DNA from: Raillietiella orientalis
Lineage: Eukaryota
Direction: 5' to 3'
Assembly: GCA_036172245.1 (NCBI GenBank)
Contig: JAYWIR010000002.1
Location: 5,766,001 to 5,830,000, forward strand
Length of the DNA: 64,000 nt
Position 1 is the first letter of the stretch, and every line of letters begins with the position of its first letter. A program made the translations under genes and the position numbers. The notes beneath the pieces are model-generated. The model had not been told where the DNA came from and ran no database searches. It saw only the letters and a list, made by a program, of their open reading frames with translations. Below are positions 36,470 through 51,500 of this stretch, one piece after another.

Positions 36470-37350
36470 TTGCGACTAAAGGAACAGAACGTTCGGTCGA
36501 AGGCTTGAGGCAGTCCGACGCCTCCGCCTCACCGGCCCCCCAAAATGCAGAGCCGACACTTCTCCACTGAGCGGCCCAACGAGGGAAGGTGCCTCCTTTT
36601 CCCGTGGGGTCGTTGCCGGTGGATCTGCTCCCGAATGCTTTCGGCCCGGAGGAAATGCCTGAAAAGGCTCTTCCGGCACGGACATTTCCCAGCATCCCAG
36701 CATGAATAGTTCATCCCAACATCGATTTTCTGAATCGGGGATCAATAAAGGCAGTTCGTGCCAAATCAAAGGAATGATCCTTCAATTTGGGGAGGACCTT
36801 AAAGATAACCTCTTCCTTCTTCGCTCCGGAGGGATCTCCTGGAGGGAGCCTACCTTCGTTTCTCCTCCGAAGGGAATCCGGAAAGGATTCGTAATTGAAA
36901 CTTCTTCACCGGAGGGAACCCGCAAGGGAACCGCTCCCTATTTCCACCTCTGAAGAAAATCTCCAAGTAATGCTTCCCGATTTCACTGAAAGGCGCTCCC
37001 CAAAGGGAGGTGAGCAGAATGGGTTACACTCCGAAGAGGTATGAACCAGCTCCACTGTACGCAATGGAGGGTCCCCCCTTGAGGAAGGGGGAGAGGGGGG
37101 ATGATTTCATTTTCACAACCGGTGGAGAACTCCGAAGGACTCCTTGCTCTTGAAAGACCCCGGGTGGTCAACTTCCAATCCCAGTCAGTCGACAGGGACT
37201 GCTGCACTCGAAGTCCTTAGGCCAGTCAGTGTCATCTTGCGGAAGGACTGGAAACCCACATGCCTCCCCCGTTTTCGGCGTCGGCTTTTACCCTGGCAGG
37301 ATTCGAACAGGCAGCGCTTGGTGCCACGAGCGGAGACCACAGAAGAGACC
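36470..37350 (-). mobile_element. tRNA-headed element copy 2 (in the last intron of the host gene)
   Basis: GTTCGAATCC (complement of 37299-37308); body peptides GAPFSEIGKHYLEIFFRG..FPCGFPP, IPLIWHELPLLIPDSE and APSLVGPLSGEVSALHFGG resemble L1/Tx1 ORF1. Confidence 0.65.
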
Positions 37351-37399
37351 GGCCGCCGACACAGGTCATCTTTTTTTCAGGCACAAGTCTTCGGGTCTG

Positions 37400-38100
37400 T
37401 TGGAACGTTCTGGAAAAGTCGAGGCGAAGTTTCGTATCGGACGCGGCATGGAAGCAGACCACAGAAGATCGGCGCGATCTCGAAGAAACGCAGATTCGTT
37501 CCAACTAGGCCATCAGGATGCGGGAAGAGCACCTTAGCTATGGAGTTAGCATTCGTGAAATTCCGTTCAGATAGACGGAACTTTTCAGTATCGAGGTCAT
37601 CGGACGGCCCCAAATACTGAATTTCATCTCGTAGAAGTCAGGCGTGCATCTTACAAACGGTGCAATCTTGTGCTCGACTAAGTTCGTCCGTTGAAGCAAC
37701 CGGTGTCGCAGTCATCGTACTTGCAGAAACTGTCCCCGGCTTCATGTGGAATGCAAAACTGCTTGTCCACGCTGGCTCTCGAGCTCGGTGGCCGTTTCAG
37801 TTTATGTACATCGAGGCGTCGTGAAACTTGGGCAATCGTAGGGACCCCGATAGTGCCAAAGAAAGTTTTTCCCTGTAGGGCTACCCGCACAAAAGATTTC
37901 CCGTGTTTTCTGGAGTTTTCTGGAGTTCTTATCCTGAAGACTTTCGAACCCTCCACGTGGATCCGTTGAGCGCTGTGCTGGTTTCACCTCAAGCGAAGGA
38001 TCAGGGAGCGATTTCAAAGCTTCTCACAAAGACGCTGCTGCAGGAAACTCAACTCCATCCGAAATGGGAATTCCGGGTCGACGGAGCTGTAACCTCGACG
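37400..38100 (+). pseudogene. P-loop NTPase (STAND/NACHT-like) remnant, antisense within the host intron
   Basis: Walker A-like RPSGCGKSTLA (from 37507; one substitution from GPSGCGKST), Walker B-like CNLVLD* (about 37661-37681), then LCTSR and VDPLSAVLV in the expected order; frameshifted. Confidence 0.5.
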
Positions 38101-39634
38101 AGACAGAATCGGTAAGTCGGAAGAACAAAAGTCCGAGGAAGTGCGGATCCTTTGCCTCCGGAATTATTGAGCTCACGCGTTCAAGCTTTTTTTTAAAGTG
38201 ATCACAGTACGAGAAAGTCAGGTTGCTTTGGAGGATACGCATGCATCCTGCTTTGAACATCTTGCAGAGCTTTCCATGCAAACATAGTGACAGTAGCTGG
38301 GCGATGCGAGACCTGTCCTTGCAAACGTACAAACCAGTCCAGTGTCTTTTTTCTTTTCTATTAACGTTCTGAATAGACAAAAAAAGGAGATTCCCTGTAC
38401 TTCTTGAGCTTCCTTTCAAGTTCTTGCGCATCTACAGATGCTTTTCTGAAAATCAGCCGAGCTCAAGGCGAGCATGGTTGCTGGATGGGGGAAATGAAAA
38501 AGATGCACGAGTTGAACACAGGGAAACTTGAAAACGGCATATACTGCTGAACCGAGAATAGAAATGGGAATCATTTCTATTCTCGTTTCTATCCTCCGGC
38601 AGAAAAAAAAAAAAAATCATCAGCTTTAGTGACGGAGAGGTTTCTCGGACAGAAAGAGCTCCGGCTGGCTTCATCAAAAGTGCCAGGTTGCTGCCGGCTC
38701 CACAATTTCCAGAGAATCCAGTTCTATAGCAACGGATGCAGACCAATGTGAAAACTGAGATTCCTGTATGTCTCAAGGTAAGAAACCTCCTTGAACTTCC
38801 TGAAACTTTGTTGGTTTTCGTTCACCGGACGCACAACTGGGTATGTAAAGATTGACATTGCAAGAATACCGGCCTTCAAGAACTCGCAACTGAAAGACTC
38901 CCGTGTGCCGACAGAAAACATAAGACTCCCCGTTGTTATTCAAAAAGACATACCAGAAATCCGAGGACCCCCCCCCCTTCCAACACACACACAAAATGCA
39001 CATGAAACGTGGATGACTTTGTGAGCCGCTCTGCCCTCAACCTTGACTCGTAATCAGGCTACTATATAAAGAGGTCTCTTGTAGCAACAGCTTAATACGA
39101 CGCTCACTTGGTTTCTTCCGGTGAAGGAAATTCATCATCTCCAAACACTGAGGATCCGAGGACTGGTAGATAAATGAGTCTCTTTTACCATCACTCACGT
39201 CAGATCTGACAGGAGAGCGGGAATTCAGAAAGTTCGGTGGAGGGAACCGTTCTTCCAGAGTGCCCGACGCTACTTTCACATCAGTGGTAATGCGGATGCC
39301 AAGTAATGCTGCCGATTTTCTCAACAGCACAATGACGCTCCCTCGAGGAAACATGAGGTTTTAAGCTGTCCTTTTCTTGCTCTTTAAGAACTCTGAACGA
39401 ACTGGAAGGCAAAAAGATGTGTTCCGGACTCCTATTGAACTCGTGGCTTCAGTCTGTTGTCTGCTGCACTTTGGCTGTTGTACAAGTAGATGTCAACGTG
39501 AGAAACACTTCATTTAGCCCTTATGTAGTAGGCACTAATTGGGTGCCAAAGCCCTTCAGAGCCAAAACTTGGGCTTGTTCTTGTTCCAGAAACCTGGTGA
39601 CGAAGCACAGGGTGCGTTCTCAAGGCAAGCGCCA

Positions 39635-39666
<32 letters not shown>

Positions 39667-42087
39667 ACTGAACTACGCATTGCTCCTGTAAAATGAGTAG
39701 TACACAGTGACTGTACTGTTTTTCTTTTTCTGATGACTTTCCCCTTTAGAGCAGCACGGACCGTGCTTCATTTAATAGAAGAATCCTTCAGTCACCTTGT
39801 TCACGTTGCCTCAATGCACACGCCACGCCACCAAAAGTAAACCACAAACACGGAGTGCATTTTAATGGACAAGGGGCAACGCACGGACAGGGAGTCTTCC
39901 GTTTTATTTTTCGTTTCTTTTAAAATGAACATCTGCCTCTTTTTCGGTGAGCATCAGGAGCTCCTTGAGTCCTGCAGACAGTCCAGATTGTTCCACAGAA
40001 GCAGGCATTTTGAAGAAAAGCAAACTGGTTTCAAGGTGGTACTTAATTCTTCTTGGATCTAAAAGTTCATGGTTTCCTGTAAAGAGCACGTAGATGTCCT
40101 GCAATTCTCGCTTTATTTCGTCCAAAGTGCCTCCTGGTTGTTTTCTGCGTTCTCACCTCGGATAAGAAAGTACCAGTTTGAGCGTTCTGTTTCTCAATAT
40201 TTCTTTGGATACTATACGAAGATTACCTGATTGTGCATGATGCACCTTGAAATTGCATGTTTGCTCGTTTTGGGGAGAATTCGTACCACCGCTACTTCTA
40301 ATGGTTTCACTTCCCAAATATTCGATAAAGTTCTTTCCTTGCATCTTTCGTGTTAGAAGACACTTCCAGGAAAGCGATGAGAAACGCCGTGCACGGTAGA
40401 TTGCCAAAAAGCATGCAAACTGCATTTCCACATGTGACTGTACAAAAAAGTAGCCACCTTAAACCTGACAGCACGTAAGCAGCTGCAACAAAACTTGGCG
40501 TCTTACTGTGGCCAAGATGGAAGCAGAGAGGTGCATGACGTCAACCTCATTGATGATCTAATTAAATGTGATGGCTGGGCTCTTTAATCACGAGCCGGAA
40601 TTCAATATTCAACATGGATTTGTGCATGCAACAGCGCTCGAGGCATCATTTTTAATTGTTTTCTCCTAAAATGGTCTGCTCTCGAGAAAATGTAATCTTC
40701 GGAAATGCGTGGATAGCTGCTCTTAAGATCGCGGTTTTGCAGCGAGCTCCCACAAGTGCCACCGTTTGCATTCCTCTTCATGAGAACGAGGCTCCGCCAA
40801 TGGAGGATCGCAGGCAAAGGGAAAATTTCTGCAGGAAGCAGCAGCGTTCACGCCGCTCCTTACTGAACTTATGGGAGGCTTCGAAAGGTAGCGCAAACCA
40901 CGACGCGGACACGAGTGGAAAAAGGAAACCTCTTTGGTGTCCATGCAAACCACGGTACGGAGCAGTCAGATCGGAGGAAACCGTACCGAAACTACCCGTT
41001 GTTCTATTCGGTTACCGAGCAGTGTTTCCTTCTGACAGGAAATTTCTCTTCAGCATCACTGAACGGTGACTCCTCCTGCGTTCCATCTCTGCTCCCTAGA
41101 AGCTTTCACTTTCCCATCAGAAAACCGGTCGCACTGTTCGCAGGAGGAAGACCGATGCGTAGTCCTCTTTTTCGGATCGGCTTCCCTTCCGGGAATCTTT
41201 CCTAGATTCTTCCTTCCTTTCTCGGTGCGGGTCACTGAATCAGCCAACAAGGCGCCGACAGGCAACGATGCCAACAGCAAAGTAAAATGGCTTCGAAACA
41301 AGCAGACGGAATCACTGGGGTTCCCCTCTCGTGGGTCCTGAGTTCTGCCAGTGTTCCAGAAGGAAACGAAGACCATCCGAAGGATTTCGGAAACTCCGAG
41401 AGGCCCACAGCCGGCGGTTGACCAAGCGGTTAGCGGGAAAGAAGCGGGGAGAAACGATGGGAAAAGAAGCAGAATATTTTGATTTTCCAAGGAAGCTGAT
41501 GACGCACTGCGATTTGGCGCCGGGGAGCCAAATCCGAAGCCAATCCTCCGTACAGATCCCTGACTCCGCTCTCCACTCTTTCGTTATGAAAGAGAATTGT
41601 TGGAACTCGTTGTGAAATAGCATTGCTAAAACTCCACTGTTGGAGTTCCAAGAATGCGTTTCCACAAGTTCTATTGCTGGAGCTTCATCAGGACGATTCG
41701 GCCTGGGACGATCAAGATCGTCCACGCAAAGAGTGCAAAGCGCAACTGAGGACTGGGCGTAGGCGGCAGAAAGGATAGCATTCTCGTAGCGGAATCTGAG
41801 GATGGGGTGGCTCAGAGAGGAAACTCTCGGAGCCAGGAGTAGCCATCAGGTCCCCTCCCGACGAGACGGTGTTCAGATCTGTCGTGGGACGGCCGCGCGA
41901 GGGTCCGACACGCCGGGGAAAGCCCCTGGATCAGGAGATGGGGAGGGAGGTGGTTACGGACAGATGTGCGTTCCCAAATACATTCTTTGAGGTGCACACC
42001 GCTCTCAGAATCCGTTTCGGGAAACTTTTCGGCCACCCGAAGCCACGGTTCGGACCGTCGGGAGAGGCTACAGCTTGGGAGTCTCAC

Positions 42088-42194
42088 CGTTAAGTTGCAG
42101 ATGAGGACCCGCAAGCTCGAGTACTTCTTCAGCAGCCTGTACAATTCGTTGCTCAGCTGGATGTTCTCTTGGTGGATCTCCGAGGTGGTCATCC
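42088..42194 (-). CDS. Host gene coding exon C
   Basis: Acceptor cctttcctatttccag|GG and donor ACG|GTGAGA; 107 nt. Encodes (G)MTTSEIHQENIQLSNELYRLLKKYSSLRVLICNLT and ends in phase 0. Confidence 0.87.
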
Positions 42195-45100
42195 CTGGAA
42201 ATAGGAAAGGGGAACTGCAGTCAGAAACAAATCTCGAAGTCCTCTTCATCTGCCGTATTTTTCAAAATTCTGTGCAACCCGAGTTCAAATCGTGACTCCT
42301 CTAGGCTTAAGTCCTCATCCAGCGGGAGACGCCTCTGACTTTTCAGTTTCGGGTTTCCGCGAATTCCGGTTCCCTCGCACTCCTTTACCGTCCCTAATTT
42401 AGCCACGAGGTAATCAATGCATCGCATCAGAAACGCATCCTTCGCACGGACTCCCTGCCTCCGTCAGCGAGCCAGCTCAGCATGAGATCCGAGCGATTAC
42501 TGGGCTTTGAGAAAACGGCGCTCTCTGTGAGGTGCTGAGCATTTTGCTTCCGCATATCGGAGGCTCCAGGAGCAGCTCGAACGGACAAGGCATTCCCCAC
42601 TGCACGTGCAGATCCACGTTCTGCGTTACCACGCGATGACCGCAAGAATCCTCTTCGCTTTTGCGAGGTCAGGACGCCGCGTTTGAACCGATTCCGTCTT
42701 GGAGAGCCTTGGCTGAATATCCGGACGAGCGTTGCAGAAGAAAAGAGAGATTCAAGGGAGGAATTCATCCGTGGGAGAATGCGCACTGTGAGTACAAAGG
42801 AAGTACAAAAGCATCCCCGTCGCTGCAGGGCCGAATCCCCCTTGGAGATTTGACCTCGTCTTCTCCCGATCTTTTTCAGAAATTTGTGCCTTCGCATCCT
42901 TCCGAGCTAGTCCAGGAGGTTCCTGACAAGGTCTTCAACTCGCCGCTCGGAATGAGGCTGCCCTGCTTCTGCGAAGTTCTTGAAACATTTTTGGAAAACG
43001 CCGGAAAGTTCTGGCCACGAGAGAAAGCCTCGGCGAAGATCTTCTCGAGATCTTTCCGCAACCGGGAAGCCAGGAGCTGCTGGCCCCTCGACCTTGATCT
43101 CTGAGAGAACTGGCTCAACCGATAGTCCCTGGAAAGTGATCCGAGTTGCCACCATGGCCGCGTGTTGAGCCAATTGATCCCGTTGCTGGACGTAACACTA
43201 CAACGGTCTGTTTCCCCTGGGAGATCGCAACCAACAAACAGACCAAAAGATGAAGCGTAAAAAAAAAAAAAAAAGATCAAGCGTAGACGCCTCTGGGAAG
43301 TCTGGAGGAATCTGGGGACACGAAACGCGGGCTAGCGTTCCTTCGCCTTGCTCTCCTCTCCTCTTCCCCATCGGTGCCCCAGATATTGCGGAACCGAGTC
43401 AAGAAGAGCTAAGACTTCTCTGATGTACTCTGAAAAGTCTCACCGTCTTGAATTACGCTCTCGAAGCCACCTGGCTGGTGGGAGCACCAGATCATAGGCG
43501 AATTGGCAGAAAGCCCTCAGGGGACAGATGGTCCTCCTCCAGGCTTCCTGCCAAGGAGCTCCCTAGAATGTGCTTTACCGCAGCAAAAGGCAGCGAAGGG
43601 TAAAGAGGGGGAAGGACTCCACGAGCGTAGGGTCTGGCAGCCTCTTTTCCTTGTCCTTTCATCTACGATTCTCATCACATCTGTCTCGATTTAAAGGTGA
43701 ACACTTCACTCGAGATTCGCAGGTGCAGTGTCCGTCTCCACAGCTGCACATGACCTTTGACCCTCATTGTTCGATTCGAGAGACAGCCACCCTCTCACCA
43801 TCCAGCAGGTCTCCGGAGTCGGCTCCAATAGCTGCGCGGGAGCAGCGAGTCTTCGTCGACTTCCACAAAGCGTAATGCAGGCCGTTCTTTCATTGGCTTC
43901 AGGACTCGTCAAGACCTCGCCCATCTCCGCTGCAAACACCCGAGAATAAGGTCAGAGTAGAGCGCCACGGAGTCAACAGGTCGAGGAAGGCTCTCATCTG
44001 CCGGGGGATGCGTAGAATTCCGCGGAAGACGAGACGCGGCGAGCTGGGCACGGGCTGGCCCACCGGCGGAGGAAGTCAGGACCAAACAGATCGGCAGACG
44101 AGATTCGGGGGAGAAATCCAAGCACTCAAGCGCCCGGAGTGTCGACAAACGTCGGTTCCGACCAGAGGCTTTCTTTCCGCGCATCTCTCCAGCTCAAGGT
44201 GGAAACAGCTGCTTCCCTACCAGCTACCCCGCTCCGTCGCAGCCTCCGCGTAACTGCCAGGCAGCCTAACGAGGAAGCTGAGAACGCGTGGGAGAGCATT
44301 CTGCTCCAGGAAAGTAAGAGAACTGGGATTCTGTCGAGCGCATTCAAGGGAGGAAGCTGCTCGATGATGGGCCGTTTGTACAAGGAAGCGCATGCGTGGT
44401 CACCCGCCGAGCCATGATGGCCCTGCACTAGCTTGCTGCGGCATTTGTCCAACGAGTCTCAAGCTGCTGCACCCACGGCTGCATAATGGCTCTTTTGCTC
44501 AATTCATGACTGCATCTCTCATCAATGGAAGCCGCTTCCCGTTTCGGATGTTCGATTCGGTGAAGGAAGGAGTGATGGATGCAGGAAGGAGTCAGTCGTT
44601 TTCCTGTCCAAGATCTGCTACTTGGTCGAGACCATTCCTGCGTCTGGGTTCTGATTTTCACAGGTTTTGTTCCGATCATGATGCCTGCGACGGACTTTTT
44701 ACGAAATTTCGCATCCGTCCGGGGCATCAAAATGAGATTGTTGAACTGAGGTTTTGTTCTCGTCTCTGAGCGCTTCGAAAAGAGAGGAGAGATTTCTCGC
44801 ATCCTTATCGAATGGTCATCTAGCTTAGTGCTTGTTGATTCCATCTATTTTCTTAGACTTTTAGAGCAGCAGACTTCGAAGCTGGCTTCGAAGGGTTGAC
44901 CAGCCTGCGGATTCTATTCCTCCTCTTTTTGACGAAATTCATTCCCATCAATTGCAGTTCCGCTTCAACCTCTTTTCCTTTGTCTAGGGATGCTCTGAAG
45001 GGGACCTCCTTTTCCTCACTTCACTTCCTCACTTCCTCACAGCATCCGAATGACATCCAAGAGAAGCAAAGGCTCCTATGCGGCCACCAACGGACTCGGC

Positions 45101-48100
45101 TGACCCGTCCAAATGTCCAAGATGCACCATCATGATCTGCATCATTCAAATCAGCAGAGTGCCTCGAGTGTGTGCGTGTTTGTCCATTGATGTGAACGTT
45201 TGCAGGTAATTATGGGACTCACGCTGATGAGACGTTCACTAACCAAATGCAGGCGATGAACAACAAAAGGAACTCAAAAACTCCGATGTTGAGTGCCTTG
45301 AATGTGCTACATTACTCAGCGGATGACCACTGATATCGGATCATTAGTTCCCCAGTGTCCGTTTTACTGGGACACCTTCTTCATGGAAGGAAGTGTAGCT
45401 GGAAAATCTCTAGGCATTTTGCGTACTCTGCCGATCCTCGGCAACCAGTGATGATTCGCGAACCTGTTTATCGATATCGGCAAGGCAGTCACGACTTTTC
45501 AAGTCGTCAGAGTGTGAAGAGAATTTTTGCTTCCCCATTTCATGCGTGGCCAGCTCCCAACGACTTCACTTCCAGCACCTCCTCAACCCTTCTCAACGGT
45601 GGTTGATCCCTTGATGAAGCGGATTCCTCTGCTTTCACTTGCATCGAGCCCTCTAAGACCGTAACCACTATTACAACTGGCAAAACCTTAGAAGATGCAA
45701 TCTTCTGCAACTAGGGAAGATGTTTCACGAGAAGAAGAGGACCTCATGAGCATGTGACTAGAACGCTTTGTTAACACTAAAAATGAGGCGTGGCTCTCGA
45801 AATTTCATTTGAAGATTATGTGCCTCCTGTCCATCGGGCTGTTTTTTTAAAATTAGGTTGCGGTTCGGCTTCGAAGACTTCAGAAGTTCGTGGAAGACTT
45901 CGTTCCACGATAAAGGATTCCCGTATGCGGTTCATTTGCTGCCGGGGAGAATCCAAATGTCAAGCGTTCGTTCGAACTATTTCGACGCTTTCTTTGTTGC
46001 CAAATGCTTTGGTGAGAGGTTGTTTTCCTTTAGTGACTGCTAGCAAACTACTTTTGTATTTTGAAGACCTCACTTGCCACATCCATGTATTGAAATTTTT
46101 TCACTGGCAGCTGCTGCTGCTTAAGGTCCACCGAAAGCTCAGTATCTCTTTGCCAGAGTGCTCAAGGCTCGACCGGCAACTCGCTCATCAACGAGCACTC
46201 GTCGGATACTTCCAAAGTCACCTGCCTCGGGACATTGCGATTTGATGGAGCAAGGTTGAACGTTGCTGAAAACATACAGAGTCTACTTTCCTGAATCCAA
46301 GCGCAAGCTGAGCAACTGGAAGCTGCCACAGTCTGTGAGTAGCTCAAGGGGAAGGATAGTGGCTTAATGCTTTCTTTGCCTGCATCTAAGAAGGCTGCTA
46401 GGGTCTTGATCTGGGGGAACCGACCGACAGCGAGATCTATCCACAATGGGGCGCATTCCAGGCAAAAGTGCCGGACACTCTGCTTGGAGACTCCATCACT
46501 TCGTAGACCTCCTTCCTCAATGTCAAACGCCCTCTTGCGGTGTTTTCCATCTCGTAAGAAGGAAATAAATAACAAGGAAGGGTCGAGTGCAATGCTCAAA
46601 TATTCACTTAAACGCCTTTAAATCTTCCGAACGTATTCCGTTCTCTCTCTTTCGAGTTTGAGAAACATGGCTGTCCAGCTTGGAGAAGTTTGGTTCAGGA
46701 GTCGGCTAGATTTTCATCTGCCAGGCAGCAGTACAGTGCTTTATCGAGGAAGTTCCTTTGGAAAACCGGCCAGTTCAGTTGAAGGTGCCTAACAGCAGGC
46801 ATCTGTCCAAAAAGCAAGCTGTTCTTCCAAGGGTAAGGTCGCTGATCTGTTGTGTAAGGTAAAGTCCGATTTCAAAGTCAAAGCTGTCCTTGCAAGCTGA
46901 TGAGGACGACAGCACGAGATTTTCAATTGTGACCAAGTGGTTCACAATTAAGAACATTCAAGTATCCGGTACAGTTTTTTGAGCTTTACACAAGCGAGAA
47001 TCGGAAGCTCTGCAGGGCTGCTAACAGTTCATTGTACTGATAAAGATGCAAGAGAAAGTATTTCCATCTGTGCGTCGTGCAAGATGAAATTTCAAAGCAG
47101 AAAACCGCGATGCACACGTTGTCTGTAGTCGCGAGTGACACTTGGAAGAAGTGCGACAGACATTCGGGAGTTGTCGACGGAGTCTGCCACTGAAAGATCA
47201 AGACCGCGGAGATCTGCAATTCCAATACGCAGTTCCCACTGAGTAGTTCAAGCGCTCAAGAAAGCAATCTCGAGGCAGAAGAACTTGTGAAACCTGGAGC
47301 TGCACCATGAGCTTCAGTTTCGACGAAGGCGTCAGTGCTTTTGACCAGCAATCCTGACCGGCTTCTCAATAGCAAGTGCAAGAAAGAATTTTCGCGATCT
47401 TCCAACATCCTACTTCCGATGCGTGAAACTCTAGAGGAATACGAATCGACTAACGGACTATTTATGCTCCAAAATGCTCAGGGGATCATTTAATCAGAGA
47501 CTGTAGTGGAGAGTAGATGTGTTTTCTCAGAACACACATCTATTTTTCACGTTCCAGACTGCTCCTCGGGGTACCCTGACATCGCTGGAGCCGGTTTTCG
47601 TTAACTGCCGAAAGACAGACGGTACAAATGCAAAAGAGGAATTTGTTTGGATGGCAGCTTGGGTCCGAAAGTCAAATGGAGATGCCAGTTGCAAGCTCAG
47701 TGATGTGCTTCGACTCTGTGATGTGGAAAATGATCTACAGCGAGCTGAAGCCTCTTGCGGTGAGCACACTACCAGCGCTACTTTTGTGCGAGGCACTGCC
47801 AGCTTCCCGAAATTCCAGAAACAACAATAATTTTTCTCTGGTTTGCTCTTTCACTTTGGGAAACCATTCGTCTAACTGGAGAAAATGCTTTTCGGTTCAG
47901 TTCTCACGTTAACAACAGCAACAACGAGCGTTGTCCTTCGTGAAAGGCAGGGAACGGCCCGCTCAGTCATCCTAGTTTGCACTGATCTGTCTGGTTGCTC
48001 ATGGAGCATGATGTCACGTGGAAACCCCTTGGAATGCCCAGTGCAGTTCCATCTGTCTATCAAAAACAATAGAGTGCTCAGACAGGAACCCTTTGAAAGG

Positions 48101-48999
48101 TCGGCGGCAGGTCGAACTGGGAGGAGGGCAGACCACGAATCGCGATGAGCCGCGTTGTGGCTCCCCACACGAACTGGAATTCCCGCTGTGGTTCGCGTGG
48201 GCGGAGCGCCCTACTTTCGCGCGTGAAGTTTCAGGAGAATGCCGCGCGAGGAAGAAAGGGCACCTACAGAGAGTAGACGATGCCTGTAGAGGAAAGTCTG
48301 CAGGGTAGATTGTGCCCAAGGAAAAAAAAAGCCCGTGAGGTTTTCCAGCACAGGCAAATGGATTTTCTCAAAGGAGAGGCCTTGCAAGAGTCTGGGACGA
48401 GGTGACTTACGCGAAAGGACCGCAATTCAAAGAACGGATCACGAAAATGGGAGGCTCAATGATGAAAACAAACGAAAAAGATGCTGCGCCGCCACAAATA
48501 GCAGAGGAGCAACTTTGCTTCCCACGTTCGGAACGAGCAAGTGAGCGTTCGCGCTTTCGATTTTCCATTTTTTATCGCGAAGATGGAAGTCAGAGGAGAG
48601 AACTGGCAAAAGGTCAGCTCTCATGCAAACCTGAGAGGCATTTGAATTCCGCTAAAGATGAGACAGAGGACGCGACCGTGAACATCTTGGGCAGGTACAC
48701 CCTGCTCGAAGCATCCTTTCGATTAATAGTGATAGATCACACTGAGTCATCTTGGAACCGAAGGCTGATGATTGATGGGTACCTGCCGTGACAAAGACGT
48801 GCTTTGGTGTGCGTCGTTACAGGAATGTAGAAGCGAAAGCAACCGAAGAGAAACGCTGATACTGGGGTTTGGGGGCCATCAGCGCGAAGAAAAAACAAGG
48901 GACTCCATCCCAGTGCGAGCTGTCCTGAAACATCCCCAGCATCCGAGCGACAAAGTGACTCGCCGATCCAGTAAGCAGAATTGAGAGCGGCCGTCTAGT

Positions 49000-51500
49000 T
49001 GCGAAATGTCGGGAGGACTTTCCTAGTTGGAACGTCACGGGTCACTGAAAAGGGCCGTGCCCTTGGACACCGCAGGCATTCAGTTGGCTGACGTATTTCC
49101 CTGCCCCCCACCCCGAGCATGCTTCGACGAGGAAAAGGCAACTGGAGATTCTCAAAAACTTCCGGGGCAGAGGTTTCCGCAGAAATCAAGAGCTGATGCA
49201 GCGTGCCGGAGAATCGCGAAGGCATTCGGGGTCGAGCTGTACCTGGATCTATCCAGAGGCGCTCCGTCGAAATGGCCTGACGGACCTGGAGCTCCAGCCA
49301 GCGACATCGCCGCTCCAGCGTCGCGGGCATGGCAACCACGAAGCCGACCGGAAAGCGACTAGGTCCTTCCTTGAGCGAGATCGAGGCAAGGCCGCCAAAC
49401 TTCCCAGCAGGGTGCCGCCTTTTTCGGCACTTTCGGCGAGGATGCCGTTCGCGCCAACCGAGCCTTCCGGAAATGCTGCGAGAGCCGCACTCTGGTCCCT
49501 TCCCATCTCTCTCCAGTTCCCCTTCCCGAGGATTGCTCTTTCCGACGACGTCAGCTGTCTTTTGGAGATCTTCCTGGATTTCATCTTCGCTCCCTTGCTA
49601 CCTCTCCCCCCGACCCCTTGTAGAACGCATGTAGCCACGCTTCCCGGAGCTCCGAGCTCCTCCCTCCCCGCGCGCCAGCACTGATTCCTGGGTGACGACT
49701 TCACCCCTGACACTTCCGGAGATCCGAGAGAAGGAAAAAGGACATCTCCTTGCATTCCCTTAGTCCTTTCGCCCGCTTCATTTCTCTGCTGGCTCCAGGA
49801 TGACTCTTACATTTCTTCTTCCTCCTCCTCCCTTATTCTTTTCATTCGCTTCATTTTTTTGGAACGAAGGGCAACTGCTGGTTCTAGTCAGTTTCGGTCC
49901 TTGGAAAGCCTTGAAAATGTTCTAGGCTTTCATGAAAACCGTGCTAGGCACCCATCAGTCTGATTGCAAGTGATGGATTCAGCCATGACGACGAAGCTGC
50001 GAAGGTTTTCCAAGCGGATCACTTGCAAATTTAGAGATTTCTGCACGTCGCTCACCTCAACGGCATGCGGATTGAGCCCCTGCCCTTTCCCAATTTCTCT
50101 CTGCCTGACTACTGATCTTCTGTGCTGTGATTCCTGCAGAAGAACGTCCGTCGCTAAGCTGCGCTCAGTCTTTTTAGGAAGTTGCATCCCCGTGCATACC
50201 ACCTCTTACGCGCCTGCTTGATGATTTTCCGCGATGACTTTCGGTTTGGGGTCAATTAGAGTTGGTGGTTTGTTGGTGTCGGATAACCGTAGGGGCTTTC
50301 CGTCATGCAAAGAAGACTCCACAGAGAGCCGCCCAGCGCCCCGAGGACGACAAGCAGAAGGAGACTCCGATCCGTGTTTTCCCAGAGCCTAAAGGCACTG
50401 CTCCCAGCGTCTATGAGTCCTTCCGAGGAGAAATTCCAGAAAGAGTGGACATCGCAGGGGAGATGCTCGAGGTCTTTCAGATTGGACTCGGCGATAGTTT
50501 GTTTGTGAATGCCACCGCAATCTGCAGGAGCGAATTCCGGTTCGGATGCATCCTCTTCAGCTCTCCAGCTCATTTCGGGGATGCGGACCAGAGGCGCGTT
50601 ATCAAGGGCAGCAGACGGACTCCGCTTGCTCCACTTCGAGACAGCCTAGCGTGGAAGGGTCCGTCGGAAGGCATCGTTCACGAGGCCTGCGAGATGCAGC
50701 AAAGCCGAAGGGACTGGGCATTCCGTCCAGCAGAGCCAGGAGCCCGGTGGTCGAGAGATGGTGAGGCAGTCATTCTGCACACAAGCACGATGGATCCCGG
50801 GTTTCCGGAGCTGCGGCATCCGGCGGAAAGGGGTCGCGGCGACGCTGACAACCTCCAACCTATGGACATCATCCGCTTTGACGTTGCGGCTTTCTTCTGG
50901 AAGAGCAGCAGTAGCAGCAGCAGCAGCGCTTCTGATGCTCGCGGTCTCCTGCCCGATCGCGGCTGGGCCGCTCCCGGCCTGCATATCATGGTGAAGAAGG
51001 TGGAAGACGTGCAGGGGGTCATAGCTCGGCGGTCGCGTATGGAAGAAGAAGCGCTGAGGAGACCTCTGCCTCGCACGCCGCAGGCCAAGGGGTCAAAGGG
51101 TGAAGAGACGTGTGTACGCCTCAGGTGGAGGGCTCTCCATCTGTGCGGTCGTCCGGGCGGTGCCAAGCGAAGGGACTCCCGCTACTTCCCCGCCGCCTCG
51201 CGGACTTTGGCAGGAAGATCGGAAGGCGGGCGGCGTGACGGCCGTTCGCTTTTCGGAGAAGCCTGTGTTGCGAGCTGGCTGGGAAGAGGCGAAGAGGAGG
51301 CGCCAGAGTCAGCGCTGTATGGACGCATGGCTCGGTCCGGGATCGGACCTTGCGGCTGGTGCGACCTCAGCCAATTTCCCTCGCCATCACCTCAACTCTT
51401 CGCAGCCGCTGCTGCAGGCAAGGTGAAGCAGAGAGTCCGTCGAGTGCGCCCTTTGGTCCCACTCCGATTCATTGAGCCGTAGATTTTCGTGCAGAGGATG
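49000..51500 (-). mobile_element. Decayed L1/Tx1-like fragments (ORF2 3' half, then an ORF1/APE start)
   Basis: Weak motifs only: LPEESRNVKADD, AFRLWENT, NQCWRAG; GC-rich like the other copies. Confidence 0.3.

Noticed and set aside
50262..51482. 406-aa plus-strand ORF
   Set aside because: No recognisable domain; GC-rich, and probably the antisense shadow of a decayed retroelement inside a host intron.
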